This document shows positions 28,250 to 38,167 of a DNA stretch of 64,000 bases, piece after piece. Below the pieces are notes generated by a model that was given only the letters and a program-made list of their open reading frames with translations, was not told the DNA's origin and did no database searches. The stretch is from an uncultured Acidobacteriota bacterium (GTDB lineage: Bacteria > Acidobacteriota > UBA6911). Where the stretch lies: positions 370,836 to 434,835 of the forward strand of contig CAWEJX010000006.1 of NCBI GenBank assembly GCA_963809485.1, in the 5' to 3' direction. A program made the translations under genes and the position numbers. Within the stretch, counting starts at the first letter, position 1. Each line of letters starts with the position of its first letter.

Positions 28250-28442
28250 CGAGCATCCCCTCTCTCCGGAGTGACTCCAGAGCTCTGCGTGCTTTTGGTG
28301 TCATTTTGCCCTCCATGACCGTCCAGTTTTCAATGTCGAACTTGAGGATCCGCACGCCGTCCTGAAAGACATGGACGTGCTGTGGATCATGGTCGGTCAA
28401 GTATTTGACAACCAGGACATCAAAGCGTTTCCACCTGACCAT
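28230..28442 (-). CDS. DUF4160-family small protein, putative toxin
   Basis: 70 aa with DHDPQHVHV motif; overlaps the HTH gene by 20 bp. Confidence 0.75.
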   Translation of the reverse strand: MVRWKRFDVLVVKYLTDHDPQHVHVFQDGVRILKFDIENWTVMEGKMTPKARRALESLRREGMLDEKSEI

Positions 28443-28670
28443 GGCTAAGTGTACCCTAATATGATTACAGATGTCTATCGGTATTCAGACACAAGGAAAT
28501 GGTTCGGTCGCGAATTATTATCCATAAGTCCCGTTCATTTCCGGTTCTGGGAAGTTCAAGCTCATGCGCAGTTGAATTCCCGGGCCACCGGCCGCACGCG
28601 GAAATTGATAGCATAAAACTGATTGTGTCGCTTATATGTTCCAGAATTCACTATATCTTTTTGAACCGCG

Positions 28671-28752
28671 GAATATCGAATGCGGAATGATGAATTTCGA
28701 AGGCTGGCCTGACCTTCTGCGGTTCGACATTCGAAATTCGACATTCAATATC
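28671..28752. repeat. Inverted heptamer repeat (GAATNTC)n...(ATTCGAC)n
   Basis: GAATATCGAATGCGGAATGATGAATTTCGAAG followed by TTCGACATTCGAAATTCGACATTC; same family at 37894-38010. Confidence 0.75.
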
Positions 28753-28853
28753 TGGCGGCGCTTATCTTCCCGACTGCTCCCGGAACGCCAGGAAAAGAAT
28801 TCTCCAGCATTTATCAAACTGATTTCGCCGGATCGGCAAAGCCGGCAGCTCTC

Positions 28854-30266
28854 TTAATGGGTCAGCCGGCCGGGGGCCAGGTCGGTATCCCTTTGCAGGT
28901 AGCGTGTCCCCATCAGCCAGAAAATCCCGGCGGCCAGAAACATCAACCCGATAACCAGAAAGGATTTGTTCATGTCCCCGTAGCGGTCGTTCAGGAGCCC
29001 GATGATCACGGGAGAGATGACGTCTCCCAAAGCGTGAATCACAAATATGTTGACGGCAAAAGCAATGGCGCGCATGGAGGGATGCGTGACGTTGGCCAGA
29101 ATGGTATTGGTCGGCCCGGTATTGAAGAACAGGCAGAAGCAGGCGAGGAAAATCAGCAGCCAGATCGCATACGGAAAAGGTGCATGCAATGCGGCCAGAA
29201 AGATCGGGAAGCCGACAATCATCGCCGTCCCTGAAACCAGAAAGTATGAGCCCTGGAAACGGGTGCGCAGCTTATCTCCGGCAATTCCCCCGAGTATCGT
29301 GGCCGCCAGGCCGGAAACCGCCGTGATCCCGCCAAGGATGATCGTGGAATGCTCGGGCGCTCCCGGCCGGCTTTCGAGGTAATACGGCATCCAGAATGCG
29401 ATCCCGCCGATTGCGAACGTCATGGCTGTCTGGCCAAGCGTGCAGAAAACATACGACGGTGTGCGCACCAGGATCCAGTATTCGCGCCATGGGATGGCTT
29501 TTGCTTTAGCCTCGCACTTGAGGTCCGCCAGCCCGCGCGGGGGGTCGCGCATGAAGAAACTCCGCAGGCCAAGGACGATTCCGGGCAGCGTTACCAGCAA
29601 AAAAGCCCATCGCCAGCTTTCCAGCTTGATCCCCATGAGCCGGGCGCACCAGCCTCCGATGTTCGAGTTCCCAACCAGGCCTCCGAGAACATAGCCCAGG
29701 GCGCTTCCAACAGGTATGGCGACGTAAAACCAGGCCAGGACCTTTCCGCGGATGCTGACCGGAAAGATGTCGGAGATCATGACCGGCGCCACCGGTCCGT
29801 AGGCAGCCTCGCCGATCCCGACGAAACACCGGGTAAGCAGGAGCATGCCAAATGTGGCAGCAAGTCCGGACGCGCCGCTGGCAAGGCTCCAGAGGATCAC
29901 TCCTATGCCCACGATGGCCCAGCGGGATTTTCTTTCCGCGAGCCGCGCGAAAATAGGGGAGCCCGCCATATAGACCACCATAAAGGCCGTCCCGAGCAAA
30001 CCGAGCAGGGCATCCTCGGGTTTGAAACCCAACCTGTTTTCGAACCACCGGATGACGGCAAGCAAAAAACCGCTGCCGACGGCTTCGGCTCCTCCGGCGC
30101 CGAAAAAGGTTGTCTTTATGGGGCCCACGACCGCGGACAGCATCTGGCGATCGATATAATTAAAGAGGTTGATCAGAAACAGCAGGGCGAGCGTGGACCG
30201 GGCGCCGGGAAAGAGGGCGTCTCGATCCCTGGCACTATAACCGGCGTCTGAAACAGCAGTTTTCAT
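28854..30266 (-). CDS. MFS transporter, Spinster-like
   Basis: INLFNYIDRQ, LTRCFVGIGEAAYGPVAP, IHALGDVISP. Confidence 0.9.
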   Translation of the reverse strand: MKTAVSDAGYSARDRDALFPGARSTLALLFLINLFNYIDRQMLSAVVGPIKTTFFGAGGAEAVGSGFLLAVIRWFENRLGFKPEDALLGLLGTAFMVVYMAGSPIFARLAERKSRWAIVGIGVILWSLASGASGLAATFGMLLLTRCFVGIGEAAYGPVAPVMISDIFPVSIRGKVLAWFYVAIPVGSALGYVLGGLVGNSNIGGWCARLMGIKLESWRWAFLLVTLPGIVLGLRSFFMRDPPRGLADLKCEAKAKAIPWREYWILVRTPSYVFCTLGQTAMTFAIGGIAFWMPYYLESRPGAPEHSTIILGGITAVSGLAATILGGIAGDKLRTRFQGSYFLVSGTAMIVGFPIFLAALHAPFPYAIWLLIFLACFCLFFNTGPTNTILANVTHPSMRAIAFAVNIFVIHALGDVISPVIIGLLNDRYGDMNKSFLVIGLMFLAAGIFWLMGTRYLQRDTDLAPGRLTH

Positions 30267-30470
30267 GGGGCTCCTGCTTTTCCCATAACCCTGCCGCCGC
30301 CGCGGCAGATGCAGCTTTATGTCGACTGCCCGGCCCGCATTTGAGGATGGCTTTGGAGCCATCCGGCCAAATGAGATTCGTGCAATGGCCGCTGAAAACA
30401 CATTCTAGACTGACACAGGCTGTGGGACAATTAACCTTTAAGACTAAACGGAGGATTCCGGGGAGACGGG

Positions 30471-32477
30471 ATGGACGAGCTTGAGAAAATCCGGAGTGAA
30501 ATCAATTCAGTGGATGAGCGCATTCTTGAAGCGCTGGCCGACCGGCGCAAACTGGCGGAAAGCATAATCCAGGCAAAAGACCAGCTGGGAACGCCCATCC
30601 GGGATGCTCTGAGAGAAGAGCAGATTCTGGCGAATCTTATTGACAGGGGACGCAACCAGGGACTTGATGCGCATCTGGTCACACGGGTCTTTCACGAAAT
30701 CATCGACGATTCGATCCGGTCCCAGCAACTCCACCTCCTCGATTATCAGAAATCCGGCTTGAAACGCGTCGCCTTTCAAGGGATCGAAGGCGCCTACAGC
30801 GAGCTGGCGGGACGCAAATACTTCGCTCCATATCTGGATCAGACGCTTTTTGCGGGCGTCAACACGCTGGAGCAGGTTGTGAATTCCGTGGAGGACGGAG
30901 ATGTCGATTACGGCCTGCTTCCGGTTGAAAACACGGCGGCGGGAAGCATCAACGAAGTCTATGACCTCCTCTCCTGCGCCCAGCTCTCGATTGTCGGCGA
31001 GGAAGTTTTGCGGGTCGAGCACTGTCTGCTCGCGCTCGATGAGGTGCCGCTGGCCAATATCCGCCAGATTTATTCTCATCCTCAGGCTCTGGCCGAATGC
31101 ATGAAATTTGTGGCAAAACTGCCGAATTGCCAGGCCTTGCCCTATGCCGATTCGGCGATGGCTGTAAAGAAGGTCAAGGAGGAGAAGGATCCCTCGTTGC
31201 GGCAATTGCCAGCGAAGAAGCCGGACGGCTTTATGGATTGAAGATCCTGCGTCGCAATATCGAGGATCAGCAGAACAACTACACGCGGTTTCTCGTGCTG
31301 GCCAAAAAGCCGTCGGCCGTCGACTTGCGGATCCCGTGCAAGACTTCGCTGATCATGGCAACTTCCCATGAAGAGGGATCCCTGCTGAAGGCATTGAGCC
31401 TGCTGCACGAATATAAAATCAACCTGTCCAAGCTTGAGAGCCGCCCCATTCCGGGAATGCCTTTTCAGTACATCTTCTATATCGATTTTGAGGGGAACAC
31501 GGCGGAAGACCGGGTCGCGGAGGCGATTGAAAAACTGCGCTCGGCCACGACGTCGCTCAAAGTCCTCGGATCCTATCCGACGCAGCATCGCGCCAAGACT
31601 CATCCCAAAATCGAAATACTTGCCGGAGGGCCTCCGGAAGCCAGTTGAGACGTCGGCGGAGCCGGCGTCCCGGCAAAAGGAAAAAGTCAGCTACAAACTG
31701 GCCAGCCGCGAACACAAACCGGACGACACCATCATTGCCGTGCGCGGAGTCAAGATCGGCGGTCCCGGCTTCGTCGTGATTGCCGGACCCTGCGCCGTCG
31801 AGTCGCGGGAGCAGATCCGCAAATGCGCCCGGTACGTCAAGGAATGCGGCGGCCAGTTGCTGCGCGGAGGATGCTTCAAGCCGCGCACTTCTCCCTACAG
31901 TTTCCAGGGACTGGGTTTTGAAGGGCTGCAAATGCTGGCGGAAGCGGGGAGGGAATACGACCTGCCCATAGTCACCGAGGTCCTGTCGCCGGCAGATGTG
32001 GAGCCTGTGGCGCGCTACGCGGACGTCCTCCAGATCGGGGCCCGCAACATGCAGAATTTCAGCCTGCTGAGCGAAGTCGGCCGCTCCAACCGTCCGGTGC
32101 TGCTCAAACGCGGCATGATGTCGACCATGGAGGAGTTCCTGAACGCGGCCGAATACATTCTCGATCGCGGCAATCACCAGGTGATTCTGTGCGAGCGCGG
32201 CATCCGGACTTTCGAGACCGCCACGCGCAATACGCTGGATCTCGGCTCGATCCCGATTCTGAAACGCCTGACCCACCTGCCGATCCTGGTGGATCCGTCG
32301 CACGCGGCGGGGCGACGGGAACTGGTAATGCCGCTGGCTCTGGCGGCGCATGCGGTGGGGCCCCATGGGCTGATTGTCGAGATCCACCCGGAACCGGAAA
32401 AAGCACTCAGCGATGGCCCGCAGGCGCTGCGCTTTTACGAATTCGCCGATCTGATGCGCCGCATCTATCAGGGCTAG
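30471..32477 (+). CDS. pheA: Chorismate mutase-prephenate dehydratase-ACT (PheA) probably fused to a type I-beta DAHP synthase; two frameshifts (~31195, ~31640)
   Basis: AroQ domain ([12 protein letters not shown]...[10 protein letters not shown]); PDT motifs ([32 protein letters not shown]); DAHPS motifs ([32 protein letters not shown]); the DAHPS frame has no own start or RBS. Confidence 0.85.
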
Positions 32478-32486
32478 GATAATGGA

Positions 32487-33152
32487 TTAGGCGCGGATTA
32501 CGGCGTTGGTACGCCGCTCCTGCTCGATGGTCGAGGTTGGAGTTATGCCGTAGTTGTGACCCGGGAGAATGACTGTGTTGCCGGGAAGCGTATAGAGCTT
32601 CGTGCGAATGGAGCGCTCCAACTCCGCGTAGGACCCTCCCGGAAAGTCTGTTCTTCCCGCGGAACCGACAAACAGGGTATCGCCGGTAAACACCATTCCA
32701 TCGGTGTAGAGACACATCCCTCCCGGCGTGTGTCCGGGTGTGTGGATGACCTTGAGTGCGACACCCCCGACCTGTATCCGTTGGCCGTCCGAAACCAGTA
32801 TATCCGCCGGAGGAGATTGCACGGCGCCGAAAAGCTCGATCATTTCGGGGTCCGTGTGCCCCAGCCATGGCGCATCCGCTTCGTGAATGACTATCTTTGC
32901 GCCGGTCCTGCGGACCATTTCGCGGTTTCCCATCACATGGTCGATGTGATGATGAGTGTTGACAATGTACTTGATGGCCAGCTTCAGGGATGCCGCTTCC
33001 TGCAAAAGCATGTCCGGACTGTCGGACGGATCAATGAACAGGGCCTCTCCCGACTGCTCGTCTCCGACCAGGTAACTGAAAATGCTGAAATTCCCCACTT
33101 CAAATTGTCGGATAAGCAAAGTCGTATCTCCAGTTGTCTGCTCCAAAAGCAT
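32487..33152 (-). CDS. MBL-fold metallo-hydrolase, glyoxalase II-like
   Basis: THHHIDH, HTPGHTPG, FTGDTLF..GRTD, PGH. Confidence 0.92.
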   Translation of the reverse strand: MLLEQTTGDTTLLIRQFEVGNFSIFSYLVGDEQSGEALFIDPSDSPDMLLQEAASLKLAIKYIVNTHHHIDHVMGNREMVRRTGAKIVIHEADAPWLGHTDPEMIELFGAVQSPPADILVSDGQRIQVGGVALKVIHTPGHTPGGMCLYTDGMVFTGDTLFVGSAGRTDFPGGSYAELERSIRTKLYTLPGNTVILPGHNYGITPTSTIEQERRTNAVIRA

Positions 33153-33230
33153 ACATCATACTACGCGGAAGGCTTTGAGTCTTTAAGGCTTTGATGTAAC
33201 ATTCGAAATTCGCGGACAGGGATTCTGCCC

Positions 33231-33728
33231 ATGCCAACAGAGAACCACTTGGGCTCGTCGTCTGGAAATCGGGCATCGACGAAATCGCCAATCTGGCTGT
33301 GGATACTGTTGAGTATCCTCGTGGGAGGATTGGCCGGATTCGGCGGATTCACCTTTCAATATGCGCGGGGCAGTTCCTATCTTTCGGATGATCCAGCCGC
33401 CTGCGTAAACTGCCACGTGATGCGCGGCGTTTTCGACGCGTGGAACCATGGAAGCCACAAAGCCGTGGCGACCTGCAACGATTGCCACACCCCGGAAGGA
33501 TTCCTGGGGCACTGGACCGTGAAAGGAATCAACGGCTTCAAGCACAGCAGCGCTTTTACCCTGGGCGGCTTCCACGAGCCTATACGCATTGCGGACTCTG
33601 ACAGAGATATTGCCAGGGATAATTGTCTCCGATGTCACGGTGACTTGACAGCCTGGATGGATTGCCGGAACGGGCCGGAACCGACGGACTGCCTGCACTG
33701 CCACCCGGGCGTCGGACACGATGAATAA
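33231..33728 (+). CDS. nrfH: Cytochrome c nitrite reductase small subunit NrfH
   Basis: N-terminal TM helix; SYLSDDPAACVNCH; four haem motifs (CVNCH, CNDCH, CLRCH, CLHCH); GVGH. Confidence 0.95.
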   Translation: MPTENHLGSSSGNRASTKSPIWLWILLSILVGGLAGFGGFTFQYARGSSYLSDDPAACVNCHVMRGVFDAWNHGSHKAVATCNDCHTPEGFLGHWTVKGINGFKHSSAFTLGGFHEPIRIADSDRDIARDNCLRCHGDLTAWMDCRNGPEPTDCLHCHPGVGHDE

Positions 33729-33851
33729 TTGCGCCAGGCTATGCGGATCCTGGCTTTGAATCTCGAATTTCGAGTCAAACAGGACGGATTTTAGCGAGCG
33801 TTGCTCCGCTGATATTAAGGCTGCACGGATCGGCATTTCGGGAGGCGGATA

Positions 33852-35159
33852 ATGAGTCAAAACCCCTGGCTGAAGGGACGAAATCTCGCTCTTGTCGCGG
33901 GTATCATTGGTATCGCGGCTCTGGCTTTCGCCGGATTGGCCGCGTTGCTCGTCAATATCCAGCAGCGGAAGGCTGAGGGACGGGAGTACCCGCTTAAAAT
34001 TGTGGCGATCGGGGCCGATGAGCTGGACCCGGAGGTCTGGGGCAGAAATTTCCCGCGCGAGTACGATACATTCCTGAAAACCGAGGACTCCACGCTGCAA
34101 ACCAAATACGGCGGCTCCGTGCCGTACAGCAAGCTGGAAAAATATCCGGCGCTGGTTCGTTTGTATGCCGGCTATGCCTTCAGCATCGATTACAACGATG
34201 CGCGCGGCCACTACTGGGCTTTGGAGGATCAGAAACGGACCAAGCGGCAGGATTTCGCGGCCCAGCCCGGAGCATGCGCCAATTGCCATGCGGCGGAAGC
34301 CCCGCAGCTGATCGCAAAGATGGGATGGGAGACCTTCAACCACATGCCCTACAAACAATTGCAGGATCAGCTGCATCGAGGCACTTCGTGCGCAGACTGC
34401 CACGATCCCGAGACCATGAGCCTGCGCATCACCCGGCCCGCTTTCCTCAACGCAATGCGGGATCGGGGGGTAGACCTGACCAAGGCGACGCGTCAGGAAA
34501 TGCGCAGCTATGTCTGCGGCCAGTGCCATGTCGAATATTATTTCGCGGGCGAGAAAAAGCTGCTGACCTTTCCCTGGAAGAACGGCCTGAATATCGACGA
34601 TATCGAGAAATATTACGAGGACCTTGGATTTACAGACTGGACCCATAAGGAAGCCAAGGCGCCGATGCTGAAAATGCAGCATCCTGAGTTCGAAATATAC
34701 AACAGCGGCATTCATGCGCGGTCCGGGGTCGCCTGCGCGGACTGCCACATGGCCTACGAGCGGACGGGCGCTGTCAAAGTTTCGGACCACTGGCTGCGCA
34801 GCCCGCTGACGAATATCAACAAGGCCTGCCAGACCTGTCACCGCCAGGAGGAAAAAGAGCTGCTTGCGCGGGTTGAGCTGATCCAGGACCGGACGGCAGT
34901 GCTCAAACAGAGCACCGAAAAAGCGCTGCTGGACGCCATCGATGCAATCGCCGCCGCCGAAAAGGCGGGCGCAAGCGAGGAAAGCCTGAAACGGGCCCGT
35001 CATCTGTACCGCCGGGCCTCCATGCGCTGGGATTTTGTTTCATCCGAAAACAGCATGGGCTTTCACAGCTCACAGGAGGCGGCGCGCATTTATGCAAACG
35101 CCATCGACTTCGGCCGCCAGGCGCAGTTCGAGGCGCTGAGGGTGACCCCAGCCAGGTAA
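33852..35159 (+). CDS. nrfA: Pentahaem cytochrome c nitrite reductase NrfA (CxxCH first motif)
   Basis: AGYAFSIDYNDARGH; five haem motifs (CANCH, CADCH, CGQCHVEYYF, CADCHM, CQTCH); KMQHPEFE; ENSMGFH. Confidence 0.96.
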   Translation: MSQNPWLKGRNLALVAGIIGIAALAFAGLAALLVNIQQRKAEGREYPLKIVAIGADELDPEVWGRNFPREYDTFLKTEDSTLQTKYGGSVPYSKLEKYPALVRLYAGYAFSIDYNDARGHYWALEDQKRTKRQDFAAQPGACANCHAAEAPQLIAKMGWETFNHMPYKQLQDQLHRGTSCADCHDPETMSLRITRPAFLNAMRDRGVDLTKATRQEMRSYVCGQCHVEYYFAGEKKLLTFPWKNGLNIDDIEKYYEDLGFTDWTHKEAKAPMLKMQHPEFEIYNSGIHARSGVACADCHMAYERTGAVKVSDHWLRSPLTNINKACQTCHRQEEKELLARVELIQDRTAVLKQSTEKALLDAIDAIAAAEKAGASEESLKRARHLYRRASMRWDFVSSENSMGFHSSQEAARIYANAIDFGRQAQFEALRVTPAR

Positions 35160-35272
35160 GTCTTGCGGCCTCCGCGCGCTCCGCGTCTCCGCGCGAGACA
35201 AAAATTTCTCTGAACCCGCGGCTGTTCTCTTGCAGGGCTTTTTCTGCTAGTATAGGCACCGAAGGAAGAGAA

Positions 35273-35410
35273 ATGACAGCCGAGTGCTCGAATCGTTTTT
35301 ATTACCGCAGCTCCTATGAGGCCGACCCCTGAGGGCTGCGTCTTTCCTTTCTTTACAGAGATCAGAGAGAAAACAACGGCCCACCAGGAAAACTTGGTGG
35401 GCCGTTCGCA
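35273..35410 (+). promoter_or_regulatory. Putative Tyr/Phe attenuator: leader peptide MTAECSNRFYYRSSYEADP plus hairpins
   Basis: RBS GAAGGA (35261-35266); ORF 35273-35332; hairpin CGCAGC..GCTGCG (35306-35340); hairpin AACGGCCCACCA..TGGTGGGCCGTT (35375-35406) before CGCATTTT; precedes aroF-tyrA. Confidence 0.7.
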
Positions 35411-35426
35411 TTTTAGGAGAAAGACA

Positions 35427-36458
35427 ATGATCATCATTTGTGAAACAAAAGCGACGGAAACGCAGATCGCGGCATTGCAGCAGAAGATCCGCGAGGCCGG
35501 CCTGGATGTGCACCGGTCCGACGGCGTGGAGCACACGATCCTGGGGGTCGTCGGCGACCGCAACCGGCTGGATGTCGGAGGCCGTATCCATGATGCCCGG
35601 CGTGCGCGATGTTGTGCTGGTTTCCACTCCCTACAAGCTGGCGAGCCGTGAGTTTCATCCGGAGGACAGCGTCGTGCGGGTCGGCGAGACGACGCCTGGT
35701 GGGTGGGATGGAAGTCGCCGTGATGGCCGGTCCCTGTGCCGTCGAAAGCGAAGAGCAGATCGAAGCCAGCGCCGAATTCGTGGCCGCCAGCGGCGCGCGG
35801 ATCCTCCGCGGCGGCGCGTTTCAAGCCGCGCTCTTCGCCCTACTCCTATCAGGGTCTGGGGATGGACGGACTGAAGCTGCTTCGGCAGGCCGCGGACAGA
35901 CACGGCCTGGCAGTGGTAACGGAAGTGATGACGATTGAGCAGATCGAGACGGTATCGGAATATGCCGATCTGCTGCAGGTCGGCGCCCGCAACATGCAGA
36001 ACTATCCGCTGCTGACGGCTCTGGGACATGCGGGAAAGCCCGTTCTTCTGAAGCGCGGCATGTCGGCCACCATTCAGGAATGGCTGATGAGCGCCGAGTA
36101 CATATTGACCGAGGGGAATCCGGATGTCATTTTGTGCGAGCGCGGCATCCGGACTTTCGAAACCGCCACACGCAATACGCTGGACCTTTCCGCCGTCCCG
36201 GTGATCAAGCATTTATCCCACTTGCCCATTATCGTGGATCCGAGCCATGGCGTGGGCAACCGCCGGTTCGTGGCCCCCATGGCAAGAGCGGCAGTGGCGG
36301 CCGGCGCGGACGGCATCATGATTGAAATCCACCCGAATCCCGACAAAGCTCTCTCCGACGGACCGCAATCGCTGAACTTTGAGGAATTCGGCCTCATGAT
36401 GAACCGCTGCCGGATCATCGCAACCACGATCGGCCAACGGCTCGGGAAGGCAAAGTGA
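35427..36458 (+). CDS. aroF: DAHP synthase type I-beta with N-terminal ferredoxin-like regulatory domain; three frameshifts (~35577, ~35693, ~35820)
   Basis: Fragments MIII...[71 protein letters not shown]; RBS AGGAG. Confidence 0.9.
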
Positions 36459-36467
36459 TGAAGGGAA

Positions 36468-37591
36468 ATGAAAATTACTATTATCGGATGCGGATTAATC
36501 GGCGGATCCATCGCCCTGGCTCTCAAACGGCGCCGGCCGAAATTGCTCATTGCCGTGTCTTGATCTGCCGGAGCGCCTCCCTGCCATTCGGGAGGCGGGA
36601 GTTGCAGACCAGCTCGGAACGCATGCAGGACCTTGCGTCCCACGTTCCGGAAAGCTCCATCGTGATTCTGGCCACGCCGGTGCAGACGGTCCTGGAAACC
36701 CTAAGCCAGCTTCAGCCCATTCCTGAGCGAGAACAGACGATCGTCACGGATGTCGGAAGCACCAAAAAGCGGATCATGACGGAAGCGCAAAAGCTCTTGC
36801 CTCCCGGAGTTCATTTCATCGGAGGCCATCCCATGGCCGGATCCGAGCATTCCGGCGTCGAAGCCGCCGACCCGCTTCTGTTCAGCGACCAAGTCTATGC
36901 GCTCTGCCCCTATCCGGATACTCCTCCGGATGCGTTGCTGTCTCTCATGGATCTTGCCGAGAGTCTTCTGGCACTACCCATTACCGTCGATCCGGAAGAG
37001 CACGACCGGATCATGGCAATGGTCAGCCATCTGCCGCAGCTTATCTCCGTGGCGCTCATGCACGCCGCTCAGGCAGGAGACGCCGAACATGCCATGCTGG
37101 ATAAACTCGCGGGGCGCGGATTCCTGGACATGACACGTTGTCGGCCTCCAGCTTCGGGATCTGGAAAGGGATTCTGGAAACGAATCCCGAGGCGATCCAC
37201 GCAATCGCGCAGTTCAACAAAAGCCTGGAACTTCTGCACCGCGGATCGCTCGACCGCAAAACCGCGCTTGCCTGGGAACAGGCCGGCAAACGCGGCGGAA
37301 GATGGGCCCGGAAAGCCTGGCCCGACCACGAAAACATGATTTGCGCAGCATGATCGATCGCTATGACAAACAGATCCTCTCGGCCCTGGGACATCGCATC
37401 GAGATTGCGCGCAAAATCGGAAAACTGAAAACAACCAGGCCGCGCCAGTCGTCGATCCCGACCGCGAACGGCGCATGATGCTGCAACGCGGAGAATGGGG
37501 AAAATCATTGAGCCTGCCGGAGGATTTGGTCGAAGAGCTCTTTGCCGTCATCCTGAAACACAGCTCCCGCATTCAGGCGGAAAAGCTCTGA
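36468..37591 (+). CDS. tyrA: Prephenate dehydrogenase with C-terminal AroQ chorismate mutase domain; several frameshifts
   Basis: [16 protein letters not shown] (read from 36468), [19 protein letters not shown]....VSHLPQ, GFLDMTR; C-terminus reads [14 protein letters not shown]...DPDRE...[15 protein letters not shown], with TGA at 37589-37591. Confidence 0.85.
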
Positions 37592-37628
37592 GGTTACCGC
37601 TCCGGCAGCCCGAATGCACGGGGGGTTA

Positions 37629-38136
37629 GGATCAAAGGAATCAAGGATCAAAGGATCAAAGGGGAAAAGGATCATGGGAGTCGAGGATCAAAGGATCAAG
37701 GGGGAAAGGATCAGAGGGGTCGAGGATCAAAGGAATCAAGGATCAAAGGGGTGCGCAAGTCGGGGAGGGGTGGTTATCTGGCCTCAGTCCGGCAACACGT
37801 CATTATTTCGCATTATGGTAAACCGCCGTCTATGGCGGCGTGACTCGAAAAAACTCTGCCGTTCCGGGGTGCGTCCTGAAGAAACAGAAAAGAGAATGAT
37901 GAATATCGAATGATGAATGTCGAATGTCGAAGTAGATGTCTGGAGAGGCGGGCATCGCAAAATATGCAAGGGTTCAAATACTTCATTATTCGACATTCGA
38001 TATTCGCATTGATCTCGCTGCCCCCATCCTGGCGGCTTCCTGATACCACCCGCTCTGCGGGTGGAGTATTCATTTTCCCTGCTTCTCTATGCTCCTCGAT
38101 CCCTTTGATCCTTTGATCCTCTGATCCTTTGATCCT
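37629..38136. repeat. Nested inverted short-period repeat cassette
   Basis: (GGATCAAA)n 37629-37748 vs (TTTGATCC)n 38096-38136; GGGTGGTTATC vs GATACCACCC; inner (GAATGAT/GAATGTC)n 37894-37932 vs (ATTCGAC)n 37980-38010. Confidence 0.85.
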
Positions 38137-38167
38137 TTATACCGGGCCTTTCATTGACAATAAGGGG

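Noticed and set aside
33188-33206. FNR/CRP site upstream of nrfH
   Set aside because: Only the TTGAT half-site is present.
33183-35003. 606 aa minus-strand ORF
   Set aside because: Antisense shadow of nrfHA; no recognisable motifs. The same applies to other long overlapping ORFs such as 13565-14536, 14558-15538 and 16184-17263.
37629-37748. CRISPR array
   Set aside because: Units are 8-mers without unique spacers, and there are no cas genes.
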